Positions 1 through 9,713 of a stretch of DNA of 64,000 bases are shown piece by piece. Origin of the DNA: a virus. Position 1 is the first letter of the stretch. Each line of letters starts with the position of its first letter. The notes under the pieces were generated by a model, which worked only from the letters and a program-made list of their open reading frames with translations, did not search any database and had not been told where the DNA came from. A program made the position numbers and the translations under genes. The stretch lies in IMG/VR virus record IMGVR_UViG_3300042905_004067; one strand, written 5' to 3'.

Positions 1-1980
1 CAACATTGGACCCCATGCAATACCACTGCCATACCATGCAAATTCTTCTTTGAATACTTCCTCTTGAGTTGGATTTACTCCATTTAGATCTCTGTCTACC
101 GATGCAGGGTAAAGAGAAACTATTATGTAATATGAGTCTGTATCTTTTCTTCTTAACGCGGCACATGTTTCTCCGGTAAATCCATATCCGATGTAATCAC
201 ACTCGCTTTGATAATAATGACTCGTTGTTTCTCCACCAAACATAAAATCTGCGGTGCTTCCGTGCCGCGAGAATGCATGTCTTGCTCCTAATATTTTTGA
301 TTTGTTTGGACTATACACACCAACCACCATTCCACCACCAAACAAATCTCCAGGTTTTAGTGGTGTCTCTAAAAATCCTCCACAACGTAAAGATGAATTA
401 CATGTAATACCGGAGCAAGATGAATTTGTTCCAAAATAGTAACCACCATTTTCGAAACAAGTTTCTGCTGTAGAATTTGTGCATGTTCCTGTTGAAGTGC
501 AACATGCACCGGTTCCAGTTGAACACACAGGATCTTTAGAATTTGCAACACATGAAATTGCTTTTCCTAAGAAATTTCCGCCGCTTAAAATACAATCAAT
601 TTGTGTCTTAGAGGTGCAATTTCCTTTTCCATCACAACATGCCCCTCTATCTTCAAAACATTCAGAACAATCCACGGTTGAACATATAGTTTCAATTCCA
701 TTAAAAACTGCTTGTGTTGAATTATTATTCAAAGCCAAACAATCATCTACTGATATATTTTCTAAGCAGTATGTGTTTACTTTTCCATCTATAGTATTTT
801 TTACGCAGCAAGAACCATTTTGTTGAGAACACAAATACGATCCAGTTATTCCACAAGTAGTTCCTGCTCCCGCAAAGAAGCCATCACAGAATTCGTATGT
901 TGTATATGTGCAACCACTAACGCCAGTGCAGCAAGCACCTGTCATTCCATTATAACTTTGTAATATTCTTTGTGCTTGTAATGGTAATTGCTGATTTAAA
1001 TCTGCACAGAAAAAATCATCCACATTACTATTTTTTCCAAAAATATAACCATAATATTGTGAATTTATATTAACAAAGTGTATTACTATATTTTGATTTT
1101 GTAATGGGCATGGAATTTTATTAAAAGGAAACACGACAGGTATACCAGAACCGTATTCAAATTCTGGAGGTATAAAAGTAGTTAACCAGTTTCCGTTTTG
1201 AAGATGCAACGAAAAAGAATTAATTATACTGCTGTCTTGTATACTAATAGTATTAACACCTTCGAAAGACTGATTACGGAAATTTTCTAAATCAGCAGAA
1301 AGTATTTTAGATCTACTAGATCTTTCTGATGTGGTTGGGTATATAAACCAAAGAGGTGTTTGAGTAATATTAAATGGTTTATCATTAGTACCATAAATTG
1401 GAGATTCTGTTTTTTCAAATACATTTGCTTTATTGATTTTAATAGACTGTGCTAGTTTTCCGTATTTTGCAGAACCTAATGTTGCACCCACTAAATTTCC
1501 ACCACCATCAGTTGCCAAAATATCTGTAAGTTCACCATAAAGATGGGTATATGTTCCATCATAGCGATCAACATTAACCAAAATTTCTCTGTTTGAATTT
1601 TGATTCGTAAGTTCTATTGAAGAACGAATTCCAGTAGTTCCCTCTAATTTTCTTATTACTACTGTTTGTTGTGATGGAATGCTACTTTTAAAAATGTAAC
1701 CAGTTCCTGTTGAACCAGTTTTTCCATCCATTAATATGGAAGTATTTCCAGTTATGCCTTTAAATAAACCAGTTGCAGCAAAAGTAATTCCATTTTGAAA
1801 TGTGCTTATGAGCGTATAACCAGATAAAGTTATGCTAGCAAATCTTAAAAATGCAGTTGCACCAGTTGGCCCTGCTAGATCATTTCCTCTTGGGCCCTGA
1901 GGACCAGTGCTTCCGGTTGCACCATAAACCGTGATGCCTTTTATGGATTTAAACTGGCTACTACCACGAATTGATGGCAT
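1..1980 (-). CDS. Tail/virion protein with short collagen-like N-terminus and Cys-rich GACC repeats (3' end outside window)
   Basis: Hand translation from ATG 1980 (MPSIRGSSQF...GATGSTGPQGPRG); no stop met in the stretches read (to about 300). Contains GACCTG, GSCCVK, GACCDG, GACCTS repeats and GDLFGGGMVVGVY. Absent from the ORF track, consistent with running off the window edge. Confidence 0.75.
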   Translation of the reverse strand, partial: MPSIRGSSQFKSIKGITVYGATGSTGPQGPRGNDLAGPTGATAFLRFASITLSGYTLISTFQNGITFAATGLFKGITGNTSILMDGKTGSTGTGYIFKSSIPSQQTVVIRKLEGTTGIRSSIELTNQNSNREILVNVDRYDGTYTHLYGELTDILATDGGGNLVGATLGSAKYGKLAQSIKINKANVFEKTESPIYGTNDKPFNITQTPLWFIYPTTSERSSRSKILSADLENFRNQSFEGVNTISIQDSSIINSFSLHLQNGNWLTTFIPPEFEYGSGIPVVFPFNKIPCPLQNQNIVIHFVNINSQYYGYIFGKNSNVDDFFCADLNQQLPLQAQRILQSYNGMTGACCTGVSGCTYTTYEFCDGFFAGAGTTCGITGSYLCSQQNGSCCVKNTIDGKVNTYCLENISVDDCLALNNNSTQAVFNGIETICSTVDCSECFEDRGACCDGKGNCTSKTQIDCILSGGNFLGKAISCVANSKDPVCSTGTGACCTSTGTCTNSTAETCFENGGYYFGTNSSCSGITCNSSLRCGGFLETPLKPGDLFGGGMVVGVYSPNKSKILGARHAFSRHGSTADFMFGGETTSHYYQSECDYIGYGFTGETCAALRRKDTDSYYIIVSLYPASVDRDLNGVNPTQEEVFKEEFAWYGSGIAWGPML

Positions 1981-1981
1981 T

Positions 1982-3181
1982 TTAGATTCCTAATTTTTGT
2001 TCTAGAACTTGTATTCTTGCTTCAAGATCCACCAATTTAGAATCTACGTTTGCGATATTTTCCGTTGACATCGTACCACCAATCACTAGATTATTAAAAT
2101 TTACATTTTCTGGTAGATATGAGACTACTGTATCTGGTTTGACACGAAGTAAAGTTTTAGTGGAAAAATCTAAAACTTGAGTAGATGTTCCGACTTTTGC
2201 ATCAACATTTAGTGAAATTTTTGGTGTTTTAAAATGTGTAATTTCACCAGAAGTTACAGTTACTTTTGTGAGATTTGCAACTGGTTCTGATATCTCATAT
2301 GTTGAATAAAAAGAACTCCATAAAATTTCATTTGTAGAATTGTGTTCTACAATTATGTAATTTTCAACAGTGTTTGCACTTATAACCAATGCGTATGCTC
2401 CAACTCCTCTTTTTGTTGTAGGATTAAGTGGTCTTATTGATTTTCCAACCAATCCTGATACAAAAGAAACAGATCCATTTACAGATAATTTTTCGTAAGA
2501 GCCATAACTAGTTCCATAAAGTGCATACGCAGAAGAGTATTCGGAGACTGATAAAAACTGAGGAATACTTGTATCAACCCATCCCTCTGGAACAGAAGAA
2601 CCAGAATCTACAACTTTTATGTCTCCAATTGTCGATTCAGAACTTCTTACTGTAAAATCTGATGCTTCCGATGACTCGTATCCAAGATAATTAATTACAA
2701 CCGAGTTATAGTTTGTTCCGGCAACTGGACACACCTGTAAAACTGGTTTTACTATAAATCCTCTTTGCTCAACTAACTCAAATGTTATTCCGCCTGGAAC
2801 CGATGGGCTTAAAAAGAAAACATCTGTTCCACCAATACCACCAGATGACGCTGAAATTCCTGCTATAGTAGAAGTTAGATTTGGATAAACCATAAGTCCC
2901 GAAGTTACAATTGTGGCATATGTAACACCAGATACTTGTTCGATTTTTTCAACAATTCCTATAACTTCAGCATTTGACAATCCATTATCATCATAGTCTG
3001 GATCTGCAATAGATCTTGTAAATTCTTTGTCATCTACGTCATAACGAATAACATCACCGGCGGCAATACTGGAATCCCAGTTCACATTTGTTTGTTGTTG
3101 AAATGCTATACGAAGACCGCTGGTTGCTTCAGTTGTGTTTATTGATATTGAATTAATAGTCGAGTTTGAGCAAGATGACAT
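1982..3181 (-). CDS. Tail fibre-associated protein with tail-collar-like segment
   Basis: AEVIGIVE..VTSG..FFLSPSVPG..VKPV domain shared with 6236-7234; IGDIKVV..VPEGW collar-like motif; tail module context. Confidence 0.6.
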   Translation of the reverse strand: MSSCSNSTINSISINTTEATSGLRIAFQQQTNVNWDSSIAAGDVIRYDVDDKEFTRSIADPDYDDNGLSNAEVIGIVEKIEQVSGVTYATIVTSGLMVYPNLTSTIAGISASSGGIGGTDVFFLSPSVPGGITFELVEQRGFIVKPVLQVCPVAGTNYNSVVINYLGYESSEASDFTVRSSESTIGDIKVVDSGSSVPEGWVDTSIPQFLSVSEYSSAYALYGTSYGSYEKLSVNGSVSFVSGLVGKSIRPLNPTTKRGVGAYALVISANTVENYIIVEHNSTNEILWSSFYSTYEISEPVANLTKVTVTSGEITHFKTPKISLNVDAKVGTSTQVLDFSTKTLLRVKPDTVVSYLPENVNFNNLVIGGTMSTENIANVDSKLVDLEARIQVLEQKLGI

Positions 3182-3196
3182 CTTCTATCCTTATGT

Positions 3197-4312
3197 TTAT
3201 GGAGTTTCAGGAGTTTCATATTCTATAGGTTCTGATGGACCTCTATCGTATGGACTTGGATCTATATCTGCATCAGCAATTATATGGACTAAAATATCAT
3301 CAAAAATCACTGCACCAGTGTTTACAGTAAAAGCCACACCATATGTATTTCCGGCTGCTGTAAGTGTTGATGCCCCTGTTGGAGAAAATCTTGTAATTTG
3401 ATTCCATCCACGAGTACCGGAAGTTAATCTCATATCTTTTTCAGCGGATTTGTTATAACCATCATTTTGTGTTCCGCTTTTTGGTGAATACACAGTAATT
3501 TGGGGTGCTTTTATTTGTTCAACTGGTAGTTTAAAATTATAAGAATAACTTGGTGTTACTGTGAAATTCAAAGCAGTTAAATCGTTTCCATTTTGAAGTG
3601 TAACGTCACCCGTATTATATTCAAGAGGATATGATCTATAATAATATTTGTTTTGTTTATTTTTTTCCTCAATAGGATCTGAAACAAAATTAGTGGATAT
3701 TTTAGATTGTGTTTGTTGAAGTAAAACATTTGAAATGCTAATATTACATTCTGGTAATATTTTAAATCCAATAGAAAAATAATGATCGCCACTTATTCCA
3801 TTATAATTTACACTGGAAGGAGTAAAATTTAAAGAATATTTTTGCCAATATGGTTGTACTGATAACTCTGTGGGCAAAACTGTGCTAAATTCTGTGGTGT
3901 TTGGATTTACTGCTTGTCTATAATAGCAAGATAAAGTTCCTCCAGTTATTCCAGACAATATTTTTGCAGAAAAACTTAAAGTTAATGGTACATTTTGGAA
4001 TGAATTTGCACCAAATTGTTTATTTTCAAAATAACAAAAACCAGAAGTTACTCCTGTTATTTGATTAGTTATTGTTACATAGTTTCCATAACCATGAATT
4101 GTTCCTATGTTAAATTTTTCTTTATAGACTTGAATTTGTCCGGTACTTCCACTAATTCTTTGTTGACTATCTATTAAATACCAACGATCTGCTGTTTTTC
4201 TGAGAGGCGCAGTCAACGTATTACCGGCATCTACATCGTTCCATAAAATAGAAAATGTGATTCCTCTTTGCCATAAATCAAAATTTCCATTTATGATTAA
4301 ATTATTAGTCAT
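3197..4312 (-). CDS. Tail fibre-like protein
   Basis: N-terminal NLIINGNFDLWQRG...TADRW motif typical of phage tail fibre domains. Confidence 0.65.
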   Translation of the reverse strand: MTNNLIINGNFDLWQRGITFSILWNDVDAGNTLTAPLRKTADRWYLIDSQQRISGSTGQIQVYKEKFNIGTIHGYGNYVTITNQITGVTSGFCYFENKQFGANSFQNVPLTLSFSAKILSGITGGTLSCYYRQAVNPNTTEFSTVLPTELSVQPYWQKYSLNFTPSSVNYNGISGDHYFSIGFKILPECNISISNVLLQQTQSKISTNFVSDPIEEKNKQNKYYYRSYPLEYNTGDVTLQNGNDLTALNFTVTPSYSYNFKLPVEQIKAPQITVYSPKSGTQNDGYNKSAEKDMRLTSGTRGWNQITRFSPTGASTLTAAGNTYGVAFTVNTGAVIFDDILVHIIADADIDPSPYDRGPSEPIEYETPETP

Positions 4313-4326
4313 TTGTGTTTCCTAGT

Positions 4327-4860
4327 TTAAGACTGAACATTTTTATCACCAAGATAACGATAGTAAATTTGATCCGCATTTAATATTTGATTACCGGAAA
4401 ATATACCTTTACCAAAAGTAATTCCCGTAATAGCATCAGCAGTAGCACCACCACCGGCACTAGTTAAAAATGCTTGTTTATTTGTTTGAATATAAAATGC
4501 TTCAAATTTATCATCAGATGTAGCAGTTATTGATGGATTTGCGGTAGAAAAATCTACAGATGTTGTAGCATATTTCCATGCTATGTTTATTTCATTTGGG
4601 GCCGCGATATAAAAATCAGGCATAAATGCACATGTAATTGTTCTATTTGTACTCACAAAGTCAGAACTGTTCAAATAAATTGTAGAAAATCCAGCTAATG
4701 TAGTTCCTCCAGATTTTGCAACACTAGGTGTTTTTGTAAATATTTCAGATTCAAAAGCATTACTATAGTCTGGGGCGGTAAACCCCGCTTTTGGTAAAGC
4801 ATTTGCTGTAGAAAGAGTTCTTGGAACAATTGCACCTGTTATGAATGTTGGTAATGGCAT
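4327..4860 (-). CDS. Hypothetical virion protein
   Basis: 177-aa ORF within tail operon. Confidence 0.5.
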   Translation of the reverse strand: MPLPTFITGAIVPRTLSTANALPKAGFTAPDYSNAFESEIFTKTPSVAKSGGTTLAGFSTIYLNSSDFVSTNRTITCAFMPDFYIAAPNEINIAWKYATTSVDFSTANPSITATSDDKFEAFYIQTNKQAFLTSAGGGATADAITGITFGKGIFSGNQILNADQIYYRYLGDKNVQS

Positions 4861-4864
4861 AAAT

Positions 4865-6235
4865 TTATCCTACTAAATTTTGATAAGCATTTTGAATTTT
4901 TGTCAATGTTGATGTTAATTTTTCCTGTAAAACATCAAATTGTTTTTTTGTTGCTACTTGTTTTTCATCTGTGTTTGAATAGTAATATGTAATTGGTATT
5001 TCTTGATCTATTAAATATTGCATTAATGGGTATACTTCATTATTTAACGAAGTATTCGAAATACCTCCACCGGTTAACATTCCTAATCCAAATATTTCAT
5101 TGTCTATTACCCTACAAAGTAAACCCGAAGAATCTCCTCCCACCGTGGCCGCCCTCCCCTTTATGTCGATTCCAAGCGGTAAAAAACTAGTATAAGTTAA
5201 TGGATTTTTAGCTACAAGTGTACTAGAATAATAAACATAACCATTTTTTGGTATTTTAAAAACTGTTTGATTTGCTCCTATGAAACAATATGTATCATTT
5301 TGTTTAACTGGAACTATTAACTTATTTAAACTTATAAAATAATCATTAAATCTTGTTTTTGGTTTTCTTTGTGTTTCTAAAGTAAAATTAGCAACTGTGG
5401 TCATATCATTTGGTAGGTTTCTTACAATATAGTTTTTAATATTTTTTCGTTCTTCTTTATTTAAACATGAGTATAGACTTAGAGTTCTCATGTATGGTGG
5501 ATCGCGAGGTTGAAGTGGAGCTTGACCAGGATTTTCATAGAATTTAATCAATCCAAAATCCCATCGATTTGTAACTCTATAAAATGTTGTACCGGGAACT
5601 AAAGTTTCTTCTATAAAAGAATCTGATAAAACTGGACAATTACTTGTATTTACACCAGAATACACTTGTTTTTCTGTGCTATGTTCATATGGTGTTTCTA
5701 CAAACTCATACGGTCTTCCAGCGTATAGACTATAATCAATAGTTTCAGAAAAAGAACTATTTGTGTCCCAAAAAGAAAGCCAGCCAGCAACTGGTAGTTC
5801 TACACTTCCCTGCGTGGATGCATAATTTGCAAATAGTTTATCAATTTGAAATTGAATTTGATTACCAGAATAAGATGGTCCAAATGTGTTTACACATGTT
5901 GTGTCATTTCCAGTTATTGTTATATCCTGAATATGAGTTGCAGTACAAACATGATAAGGACCTATCCAATAGGTTTTAACTCCATGTGACTGGTAATAAT
6001 TAGGAAAAAGACCGGGAGTTAATCCGGGTGGAATTCCTGCCAATCCCCCAGGCTGTCCTGCCGCTTCGTCAAAGTCACCGTAATATGTTCTTTCTATTAT
6101 ATTTTGAAATTTGTAGGATTCTCTTGCATTGTATAAAATACAATTCGGATTTATACCAGTTGGTGCTCCCATGCCGGAAACTCCACCGTATAAATACATG
6201 TCATGTAAGTTTGGATTGTATGTTGAAAAATACAT
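4865..6235 (-). CDS. Trypsin-like serine protease domain protein in tail module
   Basis: Triad motifs in correct order: CTATH, WDFGLIKF, GGDSSGLL. Confidence 0.55.
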   Translation of the reverse strand: MYFSTYNPNLHDMYLYGGVSGMGAPTGINPNCILYNARESYKFQNIIERTYYGDFDEAAGQPGGLAGIPPGLTPGLFPNYYQSHGVKTYWIGPYHVCTATHIQDITITGNDTTCVNTFGPSYSGNQIQFQIDKLFANYASTQGSVELPVAGWLSFWDTNSSFSETIDYSLYAGRPYEFVETPYEHSTEKQVYSGVNTSNCPVLSDSFIEETLVPGTTFYRVTNRWDFGLIKFYENPGQAPLQPRDPPYMRTLSLYSCLNKEERKNIKNYIVRNLPNDMTTVANFTLETQRKPKTRFNDYFISLNKLIVPVKQNDTYCFIGANQTVFKIPKNGYVYYSSTLVAKNPLTYTSFLPLGIDIKGRAATVGGDSSGLLCRVIDNEIFGLGMLTGGGISNTSLNNEVYPLMQYLIDQEIPITYYYSNTDEKQVATKKQFDVLQEKLTSTLTKIQNAYQNLVG

Positions 6236-7234
6236 TTAAAATTGTATCCAACCAGTGTTTCCAATTACAGTGTAATTACCATAAACTACTGCTCTAGAAA
6301 GATCATCTAATTGATCTTGCATTGTTACTAACGCAGAAAGAGCCGAAAGCATAGTAGATTCTCTGGGAAAATCTATCGAGGTATCAATAGAACTTGCAAC
6401 ATATACTTCGACATCATTGTTTTCTTTTGCTGAAACTTCAACACCTGGACCTTTAAATATTAAATTGTTTAATGAAGTCGTTATAGTTTCTTGATTAATT
6501 CCATTATCAAATAAAACTGTTATCGGAGAACCAGAACCACCAACTGAGGTTGAACTAGAACCGGATACACCACCAATGAATCCTCTATGAACTATAAACA
6601 GTCCGTCATTTCCAGTTATACCAATTACAACTGGTTTTGAAACATATTGTACTGAATCTGGTTCTAATGTTGTTCCTGCTCCAGACACTCCAGCACTCAA
6701 AAAGTAGACGGCACCTTTTATTAATGTTGCTCCAGCAGTTCCTATAAAATTTTCCACAAGGGAAGAACCAGAAAATTTACCTGAAGTGCATACTTGTGCG
6801 TTTGCTCCAGTAAATCCTACAACAATTCCTGCAACTTCGGCTGTGCATTCATCATCTGCTTTTGCTTTTTGTGCTTTTCCGGTAGAATCAATATAGACTA
6901 GATTTCCTAAAGTCACTCCAGTATTAAATGGTAATGACAATACAGTGCCAGAAACATCATTTGTAATTGAATAGTTTAAAACACCACTTACTGTTAAATT
7001 TCCATTAATGTTTACGTTGTTTCCAAATGTTACAGTTTTAGAAACCGTACTTGCAATAGCTAAAGTATAACCACCAGTAACAGATGGGTGTGGTGTGACT
7101 ATAATTCCATCACCGCCAGTAATGCTAGCAACTTTTCTATAATTTAGGCCAGCAATAATATCATTTGTGCGTTTATACCACGCACCAAAAGTATTTCCTA
7201 AACTTAATGAACTAATATTTGTTATGTCTGCCAT
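6236..7234 (-). CDS. Tail fibre/baseplate-associated protein
   Basis: N-terminal NTFGAWYKRTN motif as in T4-like fibre proteins; AEVAGIV..YFLS..VSKPV domain. Confidence 0.6.
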   Translation of the reverse strand: MADITNISSLSLGNTFGAWYKRTNDIIAGLNYRKVASITGGDGIIVTPHPSVTGGYTLAIASTVSKTVTFGNNVNINGNLTVSGVLNYSITNDVSGTVLSLPFNTGVTLGNLVYIDSTGKAQKAKADDECTAEVAGIVVGFTGANAQVCTSGKFSGSSLVENFIGTAGATLIKGAVYFLSAGVSGAGTTLEPDSVQYVSKPVVIGITGNDGLFIVHRGFIGGVSGSSSTSVGGSGSPITVLFDNGINQETITTSLNNLIFKGPGVEVSAKENNDVEVYVASSIDTSIDFPRESTMLSALSALVTMQDQLDDLSRAVVYGNYTVIGNTGWIQF

Positions 7235-7235
7235 A

Positions 7236-7958
7236 TTATGCTTCCGATACTTTAATATTATTTATGAAGTAAAACCCATCAGATCTTCGCTGTGCTATTG
7301 CAACAAATGAATTTGTTATTTGTTGGGTGGAAGTAACAACATCGGTTATTTTTAAGTAATATCTGGAAGATCCACATGCAGAGGAATTTGCAACACTAAG
7401 CGGATGTATTCCTGAGAGTCCAGATGTATTACAAGTGGCAATTTCTCCAGTATATTCTCCGCTTCCACTTGTGTTTAGACTAAAACCAACATATGAATTT
7501 AGTGGGATATCTGTAAGTGAAAGAAAATTATCAACGCTGGTTGGGGCATCTGTAACGAAATATAACCAAAAATACAAACCACTAGAATTTGCCTTACAAA
7601 GATACCAAGAATAATTTTTTAATAAAATAGAGGAACTGCTAGCCTTGACATTATCGGGTGTAATTGGAGTTGCGCCATCCCACCCTGGTCCAAAAGTCTC
7701 AGCAGAACCAGAGGTTAATATTTCTGTCATCCAATTTGATATCATCTCCATTGTCAATGTTTGATGAACATTCATTCTAAATTGGAGTTCATTTAATTCT
7801 TGTGCCTGTAATATTTTACCTGGCTCAAATGCGATCATTTTATAACCAGCCGAATAAGATCCTGCTGCTGCCTGACCATAATCAACTGCACCACCGAAAC
7901 TAAGTGGGCTGAAATCCGGTAATGAAGAAAGTTGTTCTGTTGTTATGTTTATTGCCAT
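7236..7958 (-). CDS. DUF4815-like virion structural protein (short)
   Basis: FEPGKILQAQELNELQ motif; lies downstream of gp8. Confidence 0.6.
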   Translation of the reverse strand: MAINITTEQLSSLPDFSPLSFGGAVDYGQAAAGSYSAGYKMIAFEPGKILQAQELNELQFRMNVHQTLTMEMISNWMTEILTSGSAETFGPGWDGATPITPDNVKASSSSILLKNYSWYLCKANSSGLYFWLYFVTDAPTSVDNFLSLTDIPLNSYVGFSLNTSGSGEYTGEIATCNTSGLSGIHPLSVANSSACGSSRYYLKITDVVTSTQQITNSFVAIAQRRSDGFYFINNIKVSEA

Positions 7959-7959
7959 T

Positions 7960-9696
7960 TTATATTAGGAATGAAAGTTTTGTTGATGCTATTGAACCAG
8001 TTTTTTCAAATTTAATATTTGTTGGAAGACTTCTGGTTGTGACGTAATTTACATTATCTAATTTATAATTAGGTGTATTTACATTTGTTATTGTGTATTC
8101 TACTGAATTTATTGACATTTTAGATTTTGGCTGAAGCACTTCTTGTGCAAGTTCGTCTACTCCGGCAATTTCTAAAATAGCATTAATTGCACTTCCACCA
8201 GATGTATAATTTTCTTTATATGCAGTTAATTTTGAACCATAATCTAAAGAATTTCTTGTTGAATCCGTTGAAGATTTAATAGTAACTGTTGTTGAATCTT
8301 TATTGTTAACATATATTTCTTTTTCATTCTCAAGACTGCTTGGTAAAGATCCACTAACTGGAGATAGTGTTATTTTTGTTGTAGTTCTTGCTTTTATTGA
8401 TTTATTTAACGTTGTATCGTCAGTTGGATTTAAATTTTCTAATGTTTTTATGTTTTTAACAATTCCTATTTTTGAAAAAATAGTTTGTTCTGTTTGTGTT
8501 TCTGTTAAATCACTACTTGATACAGTTTTTACTACAGAAATTCTAGGATTTGGTAAAAATGTAGAGGGATCTATTATATCTGGTAGAACTACTGCTTTAA
8601 TTGCGTTTTCTAAATTAGTTGTTCCTTGTGTAACTTTAAACGAAGGATTTATATAATTTTGTCCTGGTGTCTTTAAAGTAATTCCATTTGCTATAAAAAC
8701 ATTTCTTCTTATATCATAATAAGTTTCAATATTTGCTGTTGCTTCAAATCCAAGCGCATCTAAAACTATTACTTCTGGAGAAGCAACGGAGCAAATCCTG
8801 TCCTCTATCGAGAGAGAACTTACATCTAATTGTAAACTTTGAATTCCGTTATTTAAATTTTGAACATATTCATAATTTTTATACTGAATATAAAAGCGAT
8901 CATTTACATCTAATTTATCTGAAAGTATTGAAGATTCTAATTCATCAACAGAATTTCTATTAACTGTTGAATTTCCATTGTTACTGTAAAATGCACTTTT
9001 ATAACCTAATTTTTCACCAACCTCATGACAAGCCCAACACTCCCAGTCTACAGTTGGAATTCCCTTGGTAATTTGATCACCATTTTCATAAATCTCATAT
9101 CCGGCATCTGTTACTGGTTCTTTTGTTTTTGTAACATAGTAAAAATAACACGATCCCTGGTCATCCGCGCCGCCCGGACACAAAGAATTATATTTTGAGA
9201 GTAGTGTTGAACCATTTTCTATACTAGTGGTATAATCATTAATATTGCTAACTGGCATAAAACTTTCAGTTAAAAATTTACTTAGTTCAAAATCTATTCT
9301 ATACATGGCAAGCCAGGAGTAACCATCTGTGTATGTTTGAACCCCGTTTTCGTGAGTTGGTGATTCCGTACTAGGAAATGCAGTTTCTCCTAATAGACCA
9401 GTTGGTTGATTTTTACCAACACAGAGATATACTATGTCAGTAACATCATTATAACAGTATGTGGAAGAACTCGTTGAGGTTAAATAATAAGGCTCAAAGT
9501 TTGTTCCATAAGACCAATTTACTCTAGGAACTACGGTTGAAACTTCATCTTTTGTGATTCTGCTAACATAAGAAATATCAGTTTCGTCTACTAAATTACT
9601 TCCACCAGAAATACCACCAAGAAACACAAAAAAGTTTGTCATTTCTTTTTTTGTAACGTTTGCTGTGAAAGATTTTACTTGATTTTTAATACTCAT
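7960..9696 (-). CDS. gp8: Baseplate wedge subunit gp8-like
   Basis: VVPRVNWSYG, VYLC, DGYSWLAMY motifs; gp6-gp7-gp8 synteny. Confidence 0.8.
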   Translation of the reverse strand: MSIKNQVKSFTANVTKKEMTNFFVFLGGISGGSNLVDETDISYVSRITKDEVSTVVPRVNWSYGTNFEPYYLTSTSSSTYCYNDVTDIVYLCVGKNQPTGLLGETAFPSTESPTHENGVQTYTDGYSWLAMYRIDFELSKFLTESFMPVSNINDYTTSIENGSTLLSKYNSLCPGGADDQGSCYFYYVTKTKEPVTDAGYEIYENGDQITKGIPTVDWECWACHEVGEKLGYKSAFYSNNGNSTVNRNSVDELESSILSDKLDVNDRFYIQYKNYEYVQNLNNGIQSLQLDVSSLSIEDRICSVASPEVIVLDALGFEATANIETYYDIRRNVFIANGITLKTPGQNYINPSFKVTQGTTNLENAIKAVVLPDIIDPSTFLPNPRISVVKTVSSSDLTETQTEQTIFSKIGIVKNIKTLENLNPTDDTTLNKSIKARTTTKITLSPVSGSLPSSLENEKEIYVNNKDSTTVTIKSSTDSTRNSLDYGSKLTAYKENYTSGGSAINAILEIAGVDELAQEVLQPKSKMSINSVEYTITNVNTPNYKLDNVNYVTTRSLPTNIKFEKTGSIASTKLSFLI

Positions 9697-9703
9697 GGCT
9701 TTT

Positions 9704-9711
9704 TATTTATA
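9704..9711 (-). promoter_or_regulatory. T4-type late promoter TATAAATA
   Basis: Exact TATAAATA 7 nt upstream of gp8 start. Confidence 0.75.
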
Positions 9712-9713
9712 TG

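Noticed and set aside
254-826. Short track ORFs at window start
   Set aside because: They are shadows of the real minus-strand gene 1-1980, which runs off the window edge.
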